Shown here: positions 1-10,949 of the stretch, in pieces
Layout of the letters: every line of letters starts with the position of its first letter
How positions within the stretch are numbered: the stretch's first letter is position 1
Assembly: GCA_013265495.1 (NCBI GenBank)
Contig: MU058337.1
Coordinates: 7,050,716-7,114,715 of the forward strand
From: Vicugna vicugna
Lineage: Eukaryota
Length of the DNA: 64,000 nucleotides
Direction of reading: 5' to 3'
Translations under genes and position numbers: made by a program
The notes under the pieces: generated by a model
Database searches by the model: none
The model's input: the letters and a program-made list of their open reading frames with translations, nothing else
What the model was told of the DNA's origin: nothing

Positions 1-749
1 AGGACTTCAGAAAGGTGCATTTGTAGATAATTGAAAAGTGTTACACAGAGAACCATAACTAGGCCCCTTGGTGAGTGGAAGTTTCGGAGACGCCATGCTG
101 TGAGGAAGAATAGTCTGGCTATGTTGAAGGATTCCTGGTCACCAGGAGGGGCTGAGGCATGAGCTGTGCTTGTCAGGAATGTCACAGAGGAGATTCCTGT
201 ACTGGATTGAGTCAGACCAAATACAAACACCAAACATCTCATTGAGAACCTTCTTTCTATCCAGCATTTCACTAGACATAGGAGCCTAAGATGGCTTTGG
301 AATTTTTGTGATTCTGAATGAGCCAAGAATGTAGATTGAGGATGGAGTGGTTCAGGGAAACTGTCACTATAACATTTTGCTGATTTTCTTATCTGGACTT
401 GTGGTGTTCAGCATGGTAGCCGCTAACCAGTGGCATATGGCTGTTGAGTACTTGAAATACAGCAAGTCCTACTGTGGTGAACTGTAACTGTAAAATACGC
501 ATCTGGTTTCGAAGAACTAGAATGAACTTTTTATACTCATTACATATTGAGACAATATTTTTAACATACTGGATTAAATAAAGTATTTTTTAATACTAAT
601 TTTACCTGTTTCTTTTTACCTTTTTAATGTGGCTGTTAGAAAGTTTAAAATTATTTTTGTGGCTTGCAATAGAGTTCTCTGGGAGGTACTGCTCTAGAAC
701 TTAGAGCTAACCTAACTTATGTTTGATTTTTCTCTTCTTTTGTTTGTAG

Positions 750-829
750 ACCTGAGAAGATGGCTAAACTCCCTGTGATTTTGGGCAATCTAGACATTAC
801 AATTGATAATGTTTCCTCAGACTTACCTA
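750..829 (+). CDS. DOCK9: DOCK9 exon: (K)PEKMAKLPVILGNLDITIDNVSSDLP
   Basis: tttgtag| acceptor, |gtaagt donor; 80 nt. Confidence 0.93.
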
Positions 830-913
830 GTAAGTGTAAATTTTGTGTAATAAACAGACAAGTTTTTGCTTGGTTTTTACTCCAATTTGTTTGTTTAAAA
901 AATTTTTTTTTAG

Positions 914-1101
914 ATTATGTCAATTCATCATACATTCCCATGAAGCAATTTGAAACCTGTACTAAAACTCCAGTCACGTTTGAGGTAGAGGAATTTGTGC
1001 CCTGCATACCGAAGCACACTCAGCCTTACACCATCTACAACAATCACCTTTATGTTTATCCTAAGTACTTGAAATATGACAGTCAGAAGTCTTTTGCCAA
1101 G
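914..1101 (+). CDS. DOCK9: DOCK9 exon: NYVNSSYIPMKQ…NHLYVYPKYLKYDSQKSFAK (start of DHR-1/C2)
   Basis: poly-T tag| acceptor, |gtgagt donor; phase 1 to 0. Confidence 0.95.
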
Positions 1102-1232
1102 GTGAGTGCAAAGATGGAGGTTTTATTTTTGACATCAAACTCTCTTAGGTTTTGGCTTCCTATGTATTTCAAAAAATATTTACATATTTTAGCTTTTTGT
1201 TTTATTTTCTTTTTATTTAAATATTGCTGCAG

Positions 1233-1298
1233 GCCAGAAATATTGCTATTTGCATTGAATTCAAAGATTCAGATGAGGAAGACTCTCAGCCTCTGAAG
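1233..1298 (+). CDS. DOCK9: DOCK9 exon: ARNIAICIEFKDSDEEDSQPLK
   Basis: ctgcag| … |gtttgt; 66 nt, phase 0/0. Confidence 0.95.
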
Positions 1299-2510
1299 GT
1301 TTGTATTTCTTTGTTTGCATTTTTCCATTTAAAAAATGCAGTTGCATGATACTGTACAACTGAAAGGATTTAGCACATTTTAATGGACGCAAACACAAAA
1401 ATATATGGCATCACAGCACATAACCACATATACTGAACCTTATAGAATATGGAATAATTGAGTTCTTGTTCTTAATTGACTATTTCTGTTTCATTGTACT
1501 CTTTAGGGATGGAATTCTCTTATACATGTTCAATTCAGTAAACATATTGGGCACCTACCATGAAAATGTTTATTCTAGTATAGTAATAATAGTAGTAGAT
1601 TATTGGTGATGTATGTTTGTTCGTTTGTTTATTTAATTTTGAGTTAAGTTAGATTTATTTAGAGAGATACACACTGCATAGAGTGCAAGGCAAGAGAAGG
1701 ACAAGGAAAGAGGTGTGGGAATTGGGTGCTCAGGTTTACTGGTGGTATTTATTGAGTGCTTATTATACTCCAGCTCTGCTATTAGAGCCTTATAGATATT
1801 AAACTTTTGTTCTCACAGCAGTCATTTGAGTTAGAAACTATTACTATCTGCATTATTTTTAGATGAGGAAATTAATGCACAGAATTTAAATGAATTGCTT
1901 AGGGCCATACATTAGTAGAACTGGTGTTCAAACCCAGGCAGCCTGGCTCCAGAGCCCACATTCTTTACTGTACCTATGTGGAAATGACTTCCCAAGAAGG
2001 GAAGGAGATATAGATACAAGGAATATAATACAGTTTTTGCCCTCAAGAAATTCAGTTTTAGCGGGAAAGACAATCATGGAGAAAAAGCTTCTGGCATACA
2101 GAAGTTACTGAAAGGGTTTCTTGGACAAAATTGACTAATTAGTGTAAAAAATTGCTAAGGGGACATCCAAAGGAATCATTTCTTGAAGGATGCGTGAGAG
2201 TTTGCTTGGTGAATGTGAAAGGGAAGGTCGTTCAGGAGAAGGATTAGGTCAGCAAAGGCACGGAGGTGAAAATGAGCAGGTGTCCTGCATAAGCAGGAGT
2301 GGGCATGGGGGAGGGTGGGACATGGTGGGGGCCATGAACCCAGGAGTAAGGGGGCTTGTGGGTCTCAAGTCCTGTAAAAGCAGGAGAAATCCATCAAAGG
2401 CGGTTAAGTTTATGCTGTAGGAATGCTGCTTTCTTTACAACACATCTGAGTTTAATTTCTTACTCTGTTAATTGAATACTGGTGTCTCCCTTTGATAATT
2501 TTTATTTTAG

Positions 2511-2603
2511 TGCATTTACGGGAGACCTGGTGGGCCGATATTCACAAGAAGCGCCTTTGCTGCGGTTTTACACCACCACCAAAACCCAGAATTTTATGAT
2601 GAG
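2511..2603 (+). CDS. DOCK9: DOCK9 exon: [31 protein letters not shown]
   Basis: ttttag| … |gtaagt; 93 nt. Confidence 0.95.
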
Positions 2604-3123
2604 GTAAGTGAGATTTTTCAAGGGAAAACCCAGTTTAACCAGTTTTAAGGAAAACTCCAATTTCTTTGTTTAGTAAAACAAAATTCAAGCGAAGCTGCAT
2701 ACTATACTGAAATTACAGCGATAGAACTGAATGTTGAAGTATTTATTGTACATAATTTTTTCTAGTTATAAAAGTAACATTTATTATAAAAAATGAGAAC
2801 TTGGAAAATGCAGATAATATAGAAAAGGAAAATGTCAAAATTCTGCCTACATCACTACCACAGTTAATATTCTGACAAATTTCCATTCAAATTCATACTT
2901 AAGTATAGTTAAACATTTGTTGAACCTGAGAATCTTACTTTCTTATTGTATTTCCTTATGTAGAATTATAATTTAGTTCACTAAAACTACTATATGAACC
3001 GTACTTTTAAATTTTCTATCCTGGTTTTTCATTGTGCCCGGCTGTGTTAATGAAGTGGTGTCTGTCATGTGTTGTCCAATTCTTTCTTGAGTTGAAATAC
3101 CAGCTCTTCTGTTTCTGATCAAT

Positions 3124-3462
3124 GTGTGTTTTAGTCCATTCAGGCTGCTATAACAAAATACCACAGACTGGGTGGCTTGTAAGCAGCAGGTGTTCACTGC
3201 TCATGGTTCTGGAGCTGGAAGTCTAAGATCATGGCTGGTTGAGGGTCACCTCTCAGGTTGCAGACTTCTCAGTTGTGTCCTCACCTAGGGGAAAGGGCTG
3301 AGGAGCTCTCTGGGATCTCTTATAAGAGCACTAATCCCATTTATGAGAGGTCCATCCTCATGAGCTAATCACCCCAAAGGCCCCACCTAATGATACCATC
3401 ACCTTTGGAGTCAGGATTTCAATATGTGGATTTGTCGGGGGACACAGACATTTAGACCATAA
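3124..3462 (-). mobile_element. ERVL-MaLR solo LTR (MLT1A/MST-like)
   Basis: typical reverse-strand terminus tgtgttttagtccattcaggctgctataacaaaataccacagactgggtggctt … gacacagacatttagaccata. Confidence 0.75.
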
Positions 3463-3626
3463 CCGTGTATGAAGGATCCATTTCTTCCTTAGCACAGCTT
3501 TACAGTCTCAGGTCTCTTTAACTGCAAATGTTAATACCAGTTTGGAGACCAAATGCGGGTTTGTGCGTGGGTGACACGTTGTTGTTTTGCAATATAAGAA
3601 AGATTGTTATTTTGTCTTCCTTGCAG

Positions 3627-3750
3627 ATTAAAATAGAATTGCCCACCCAGCTACATGAAAAGCACCACTTGCTGTTCACATTCTTCCATGTCAGCTGTGA
3701 TAATTCAAGTAAGGGGAGCACAAAGAAGAAGGATGTTGTTGAAACACAAG
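3627..3750 (+). CDS. DOCK9: DOCK9 exon: [41 protein letters not shown]
   Basis: ttgcag| … |gtttga; 124 nt, phase 0 to 1. Confidence 0.95.
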
Positions 3751-4113
3751 GTTTGAATTTCATCATTCCTTTGATTGTTCGTGACTTCCACATTAGGTTC
3801 TTAAATTTTGTTTCGATTCTGAATTTCCATCCTTTTGTGAAGGGGTCGTTAGATGGCATTTGTGCAGGTAGCATGCCTGGCTTGCGTATCTACATTTTTA
3901 TAGGAGATAATTTTAGAATTCTAATCCCAAAGAAACTAGCATACATTGCAGACGAAGTTCTGCAGAGACTATATTCAGGGTCTTTTCAGTTTCTTACTCT
4001 GATTGATATTAACAGTTCTTAAAGATCAGGCTGTGTAGTAACATGGCTGTCTTCATACATTTTCCCACACTTACAGTGCTTTTTGTTGTTGTTGTTATTC
4101 TTTGTTTCAACAG

Positions 4114-4235
4114 TTGGATATTCCTGGCTTCCTCTTCTGAAAGACGGAAGGGTGGTGACCAGTGAGCAACACATGCCTGTCTCAGCCAATCTCCCGTCTG
4201 GCTACCTTGACTACCAGGAGCTTGGGATGGGCAGG
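4114..4235 (+). CDS. DOCK9: DOCK9 exon: [41 protein letters not shown]
   Basis: caacag| … |gtacca; 122 nt, phase 1 to 0. Confidence 0.95.
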
Positions 4236-5327
4236 GTACCAGACTTTAAGACTGATTTATTTCAATTCCTTCAGAAAACAGTAAAGGTCAACTTAAACTA
4301 TAGTAACACCAAAAAAGCATGTCATATTTTTGCCAGTCCCAGTATTTTGGTTTTAGTTACTCATTTTCAGGTAAACTTCGGCCACTGGCAGGTAGTGCTT
4401 TTAACAGTTACCATAACCTAGAATTGTAGTGTGGGCATTTTATAAACCTTGAGCTAGCAATGCCTCATCAGGAAAATAGAAACTTGAGGTACTGGATGAG
4501 ACCGAAGTTTGTCTCTGTAAACTAGCCATGCTCAGATAAAGATGTGTTCTTAGAGTCATGCAAATGATTAGGAATTGTCTTCCAGCTTATGTAAGTATAG
4601 GAAGCAAATATCTCACCCACATGGTAGCCCGTTTCTGATTTATTAAAGCCTGAGTTTTCTCAGATTTCTCCAGTTGGTTTGCTGTTTTACATTCTGTTTG
4701 GCCATCTTAAATTTTATAGACTTCAGTTTTATAACATCCTTAGTTAAGGTCTGTTTCATTTAATTTTGAATGGCTTTTAATGTCACTCTGCACTTAAATA
4801 GTGCCAAATTTGGGCCCATGTTATGGACAAATAGTTAAAATATTCCAAAATAAAGGTAAATCATGTAACATTCAGTTATAATTCCTAGTCTGAACATGAG
4901 AAAAATGAAGGCTTCAGAAATAAAAATAAGCACAAACAGATGACTGACCCTTTGCCTGTGCCAGGAATACATACTAACCTGTTTGTTTTATCTGGTACCT
5001 TCTACCATCACTTTCAGAATCCTGAACTCAAGTTTGGTTAAGTCATTGATACAATTGGCGTCTTTCTCTCTGAAATGAACAATAATTCACACAGCTGCAA
5101 CTAAACAGAAAAGATAAGAGAAAATCCAGTAAGAAGAGCATTGTACTTGGGAGAAGAAAGTGGGCAGAAATTAGTACTGGTTGTATTCCTGCTTTGAGCC
5201 AGGCATAACTGTCAAGTCACTGAGGCTGTTTGGGCCTTTAGCACCTCATCAGGACCCTCACTAAAGATGGTGTTTGAAGCCAAGATCACTAATCTGTTGG
5301 GATGTTTTCTCCTCTGTATTTTTTCAG

Positions 5328-5414
5328 CATTACGGTCCAGAAATTAAGTGGGTGGATGGAAGCAAGCCACTGCTGAAAGTTTCAACTCATCTGGTTTCTA
5401 CAGTGTATACACAG
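5328..5414 (+). CDS. DOCK9: DOCK9 exon: [29 protein letters not shown] (end of DHR-1)
   Basis: tttcag| … |gtacat; 87 nt. Confidence 0.95.
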
Positions 5415-5802
5415 GTACATGCTATTCCATTAAAATTGACAGCGGTTGCTCTGAATGAGTTTACATGATTTTTTAGCAAAATAAAATCCTAATTGTTATA
5501 TTACATAGATATGTTTTTACTCTATAAGTCCTTTTTTAAAGAAAATACATATAAGGTGCTGACATGTAACGATACAAATGAATATTACAAGTAACATTTT
5601 TCAACAATCTTCCTCTTTTGTTGGAGGATCTTTGAAATCTTTTTCTCAATTTATTTTTATTTTTATCTCTTTGATTTCATTTTTATACAGTAAGTTTCAT
5701 AGTCTAAATAAATCATGCACACCGTAGGAAGCAAACACTTGTATTTCCGCAGCAGATATGCTAATAGGCTTTCATTTTATTTTCTTCTTTTTTTGCTCTC
5801 AG

Positions 5803-5892
5803 GATCAGCATTTACATAATTTTTTCCAGTACTGTCAGAAAACTGAATCCGGAGCCCACGCCTTAGGGAATGAACTTGTAAAATACCTTAAG
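5803..5892 (+). CDS. DOCK9: DOCK9 exon: DQHLHNFFQYCQKTESGAHALGNELVKYLK
   Basis: tctcag| … |gtatca; 90 nt. Confidence 0.95.
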
Positions 5893-6618
5893 GTATCAGA
5901 TGGCTTTCTTAGTAACCCCTTTTTAATGAGCATGGAGTAGATTGGGTTTTCTCTTCGGTGGTATGTGTCGTTCTTACCCCTTGGGAACCTTATAAGGCTG
6001 TCCGCAGCTGGATGCTCTCACACACATAGTGTCTGTATGGTTTTAGATAGTGGTGAGAAGTCGACTTGGAAATCCTACTACTGCATTCTTCATCCTAGCC
6101 CCATGTTTACTTTTCTCAGGCCGGACCTAAGACACATTGTGCCGCCTAGAAAACCACTTAGCCTCACAGGCCCTCCTCGTGAGTGCTCACTGGGCGCAGA
6201 GCAACAGTGACAGGCGCATAAAAAGTGGTGACTTTAGTTTCCCCGTTAAGTAACTTATAGTTCATTGTCGGGGACAGCATAACTTTGGTGAATGTATGCT
6301 AGATGGGCAAATAAAAAACCCAGAAATAATACATATAACCAAGCCCAGCTTTGTGCAGGCTAGGAACCATGGCACAGGGAGAGCAGGAGGGTTGTTCTAG
6401 GGGAGTTTCATCCAGAACATGATTCTATGGGGGCACTGTGAAAAAGGAGAGCTGCTAAAAGCGCATTCCAGGCATGGTGAGAAAATAGATGAAACGTGAG
6501 AAATGAAATAGAAGTTTGATTTAAGCAGGGAAAATGGAGTGGGGGATTCTGAAATGACTGCTTTCCAAGTCCCCTTTCAGCTACCTCATAGGGAGCCATG
6601 TGACTTGAAGAAGAACCT

Positions 6619-7110
6619 TTTATTTATTTTCTGTTGCTGCTGTAATAAATTACTATAAACTTGATGTCTTAAAACAAATTTGTTTTCTTAGACTTCCTGT
6701 AGGTCAGAAGTCTGACACAAGTCTCACTGGGCTAAAACCAGGGTGTTATTAACAGGGCTGAGTTCCTTTCTTGGAAACTCTAGGGGTGAATCTGTTTGCT
6801 GCCTTTTTCCAGCCCCTAAAGGCTGCCCTCATTCCTTGGCTTGCAGCCCCTTCCTCCATCTGAAAGCCAACGATGTTGCATCACTGACCATTCTTCCTCA
6901 GAGTTGTCCCCTCCACCCCCACTCTCCTGCCTCCTTCCACTTTTAAGGACCCTTGTGGTTACTTTGGGCCCAACTTGGATAATCCAGGAGAGTTCCCCAT
7001 CTCAAGGCCAGCTAATCTGATCAGGGGCCTTAATTCCCCTTTGCTATGTAACATGTGCACAGGTCCTGGGGCTCAGACAGGAATATCTTTGTCCAGTAGT
7101 CTGCCTGCCA
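6619..7110 (-). mobile_element. ERVL-MaLR solo LTR (MLT1-like)
   Basis: ttgctgctgtaataaattactataaactt…cagaagtctgac…aggacccttgtggttactttgggccca motifs. Confidence 0.65.
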
Positions 7111-7227
7111 CTGTCTCCATTTGTTTAGATGTGTGTCTTCCATCCTTACTGGGAACTGAGTAGGGACTACTTGGGGTGGGTTTACTTTTAAAAAGAGAAC
7201 ATGACCTTTGCCGTTCCACATCTGTAG

Positions 7228-7343
7228 AGCCTGCACGCGATGGAAGGTCACGTGATGATTGCCTTCTTGCCCACCATTCTAAACCAGCTGTTCCGCGTCC
7301 TCACCCGAGCCACCCAGGAGGAAGTTGCTGTCAACGTGACACG
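7228..7343 (+). CDS. DOCK9: DOCK9 exon: SLHAMEGHVMIAFLPTILNQLFRVLTRATQEEVAVNVT(R)
   Basis: ctgtag| … |gtgagg; 116 nt, phase 0 to 2. Confidence 0.95.
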
Positions 7344-7616
7344 GTGAGGGAGCCAGAGAGGTGGTACCCTTCTTCCCTTTCAGTCTGTCCACATCTGGAG
7401 CACAGTCATATGTATCTGGGATGCGAGTATGTGTTGAACATTATATTTAAGAAATTTATTTTGATCCCGTATGTGGGGACCCCATCTAATCCCTTGTTTC
7501 CTCGTTTCCTGTGGTGCCAATAGCATCATCATTGTTCTACTGCTGCTGTGATAATAATGAAATGTTTCCATTTTCACATTACTATTCATTGCTTTATTCA
7601 TTCCTGTGGTGTGTAG

Positions 7617-7686
7617 GGTCATTATTCATATGGTTGCCCAGTGCCATGAGGAAGGATTGGAGAGCCACTTGAGGTCATATGTTAAG
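7617..7686 (+). CDS. DOCK9: DOCK9 exon: VIIHMVAQCHEEGLESHLRSYVK
   Basis: gtgtag| … |gtatgt; 70 nt, phase 2 to 0. Confidence 0.95.
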
Positions 7687-8480
7687 GTATGTAAATTAAA
7701 CTGCCCCAGTCATTTAAATCTGTGGCTCTCCAATTTTCCTACTAAGAACTTTTTTTTTTTCCAATCTAGTTATTTGGGGATATATTTTGGGATGAAACTT
7801 AACACCTCTCCTTTCTCTTCTATGCCTACAGCTGGTGCAGGAAGTCCAGAGAGGGGCAGCCATTCATTTATTTACTGAATTTCATTCTTTCAACTGTATT
7901 TCTTTCTTTAATGGGTTTTGCAAATAATGTGACCAAATGACCTAGAAGATTAAAGATGGGAAGGTTTGCTCTGGCCACCATCAAATTAGAAGACTGTGGG
8001 AAAGCAAGAGGTGTCATTAGGACAGATATCAACACGTTTGTGATTTGCATACAATATTCGGTGAACACCGTGGCCTTTACTGTTCTAAAAAGTTATACAT
8101 GTGCTATTTAGTCTTCAACCTCTGTGAATTATGGTTATGTATTAGTTTAAAAAATAAAGTTCAGATTCTTCAGGGAGTCAGTTACTGAATGTTGTATGAC
8201 ATGTTGCTTGAAGTCCTTGGGAGGTGGAGTTGTGGGCTGGAGGACTACTGATCCAGCTGAGTCAGGTGATTCACACAGGTTGATGGGTTCCCTGAAGACA
8301 CCCTGGGCTCCCTCTTTCTGTCACATGACAACCACCCTTCCCACCTACCGTTTCCACACCTTCCTCTCCCTCCTGTGCTGTTGTACCTCGGTCCCTGATC
8401 TCCACCCTTTGGAGCTTCTCCAGCTTTCAGCCCAACTTGGAAAACCATTGCATTAAAGTATCTTTCCCTTTTCTTCAAAG

Positions 8481-8606
8481 TACGCTTATAAGGCTGAGCC
8501 GTATGTTGCTTCCGAATACAAGACAGTGCATGAAGAGCTGGCCAAATCCATGACCACAATTCTCAAGCCCTCTGCCGATTTCCTCACCAGCAACAAACTG
8601 CTTAAG
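8481..8606 (+). CDS. DOCK9: DOCK9 exon: YAYKAEPYVASEYKTVHEELAKSMTTILKPSADFLTSNKLLK
   Basis: pyrimidine tract plus the less common AAG acceptor (ttcaaag|), |gtatgt; 126 nt. Confidence 0.94.
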
Positions 8607-9165
8607 GTATGTCAGGAGGGCCAGTGTAGCTCTGCGGTATTGAAATTGATTGAAGAAAATGCAAACTTCACTTCCTGATAGATTTCACCCTTTTGGTGTT
8701 CTTTTACCTCCTAAAAAGGGATGCCAGAGTTAGTTCTTCAGTAACAACTCTGCTGCCTGTACTTGTGCTCCTAACAGAGCCACCAGGCATTACTGTATTC
8801 AGTTTCATAGTCAGTATATTCAAACCGGTGGAGGACACTGGGTTAGAGCCTGTAAAGGTAAGTGTCAGCAGGTGAGACTCTGCCGGGAGGAAAGGCCATG
8901 GGTCGAATCTAGGGGTGCCTCTGGTTGGGTTGTGCCGTGCTAAGTGTGTGTGCCCAGTTTCCTAGTGGGAAGGAACTGTTCATTGTTGGACGCATGGGAG
9001 CAGGAGAGCATCTGCCGTGAACCTCTGGTCTGACAACAACTCACCAAGACGTCCAGCTGTGTTTCTGGGTCACACGTGTTTCATGTCAGTGAACAACGTC
9101 AGCCTAAGAGGGTCTCACCTTCGAATTTGTTGTTTTTCTTACTGGATCCTTTTTTTTCCTTTCAG

Positions 9166-9237
9166 TATTCATGGTTTTTCTTTGAAGTGTTGATCAAATC
9201 CATGGCTCAGCATTTGATAGAGAACTCCAAAGTTAAG
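9166..9237 (+). CDS. DOCK9: DOCK9 exon: YSWFFFEVLIKSMAQHLIENSKVK
   Basis: tttcag| … |gtacgt; 72 nt. Confidence 0.95.
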
Positions 9238-10558
9238 GTACGTCACTTCCTACCAAGACTTGCCTGGCAGTTCTTGGTGGGGAGTCTCTTCCATCCTGTT
9301 TGTAGCTAACACTTACTAATGCTTTCTGCGGGCCAGTCAGACAACTATGCTAGGTGCTCTCCAAGTAGTAAGCATTTTAGCTTTATAACAACCCTATGGG
9401 GGAAGTACTTGTCTTAGCCCTCATTTTATAGATTAAGAAACTGAGACTGAGTGCTGGAGTTACTTGCCCAAGGCCATGCTGCGGTTTGCGGAGGGAGCCA
9501 GGCTCTGTGACCAGTCTGGCCCCACAGCCCATACTCACAGTGTGATTAAGTCCAGAGAAATTGGCCTTTTGCTTTGACTAGCTTAGAAATCTTCATGTCT
9601 GTCGAAACGGGACTAGCAGTTTAAGCTTCCATTTAAAATTTGTCTTGACTGTCTTGAGCATTGTAGAGATTTGTCAGGGACTTAGATGGGTGTGTCAGAG
9701 ATGACCACATGTCCTCTGTAGCCAATTGGTAGACTGAGATTAACTCCATCTCCCCCAACACCTCCTCCCCTGGTGCCTGGATGTGTGTGACTTTCTGGTT
9801 CCCCCTGCTGTCCCTGGTTCCCACTGGTCTCTGCATGAGATGACCGGGCTCGTCTCTGGACTGATGCCCATCGAAGTATAACTGGCTATCTGAGGCTCAG
9901 TGTAGATAAATTTTTGTAAAGTTTGAATGCAGTAAATCCAGTGGCCATGTCGCAGAGTTCCTTCTGAGAGTCACGGGGGTCCTGGAGTCGCTGTGTGACT
10001 GCAAACTCTCGCCACGTGTAGCCGTAGAGAGTCTCGGAGTCTGGCAGGGAGCAGCGGTTCTGGGGCCCAGCAGCCTCTCCAGTGAACTTGGGAAGGAGGG
10101 AGGAGCCACAGGGGGCGAGGATCAAGATCTAGGCTCCTGGACAAGGGGTCTGGATGCGAAGGAAGCCTTGGGAAAGGCTAGTGGATTTTGTCAGTTGGAA
10201 GGCTGTTGGTTCAGAACCTAAAGCTGTGCTTTCTTCTAGTAGAGCCAGTGCTGGTGCCTGATCAGGAGGTTTCCTTCTTTTCCTCTTTTTCTTTTAATTT
10301 TAGTGCACAAGGAAATGCCAGATGGAGGTGGGCCCTGCCTTCCACAGAGTAATGCACCATCTAAATCATGCTGGCACAGCCTGCCAAGGAAAAATCTAGC
10401 AGATTGTCTGCTTGGCAGTGTGTAGCTGAAGAGTCATGCACGCGCTCACACATACATACATGGGCATGTGTGCAGGCACGCGCGCGTACACACACACACA
10501 TCTTGTTATATTGCCTTTCTGTTAAAAATGGTGTCCTATACAGGACAGGCTGTAGGAT

Positions 10559-10949
10559 TTCCTTAGTCGGCTGGGGCTGCTGTAACAACTACTGTACACT
10601 GAGGGGAATAAACAGTAGAAATTTATTTCCTCATGATGCTGGAGGCTGGATGTCTGAGATCAAGATTTCTGTAGGGTTGGTTTCTTGTCAGGCCTCTCTC
10701 CTTCGCTTGACGATGGCCGTCTTCTCCCTGTGTCTTCACGTGGTCTTCCCTCTGTGTGTGTCTGTGTCCTGTTCTCTTTTTATTAAGACACCAGTCCTGT
10801 TGGATTAAGTTCCATCTTAATGACCTCATTTTAACTTAATTTCCTCCTTAAAGACCCTATCTCTAAATACACTCACATTCTGAGGTGGCGTTAGGACTTC
10901 AATATATGAATTGGGGTTGGGGGAGGATGGACAAAATTCAGTCCATAAC
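10559..10949 (-). mobile_element. ERVL-MaLR solo LTR (MLT1A/B-like)
   Basis: ggctgctgtaacaactac…ctggaggctgga…gacctcattttaacttaat…attcagtccataac; similar to 23524-23988. Confidence 0.75.

Noticed and set aside
760..1296. 178-aa ORF as a standalone gene
   Set aside because: It is two DOCK9 exons joined by read-through of introns, with the third exon read out of frame.
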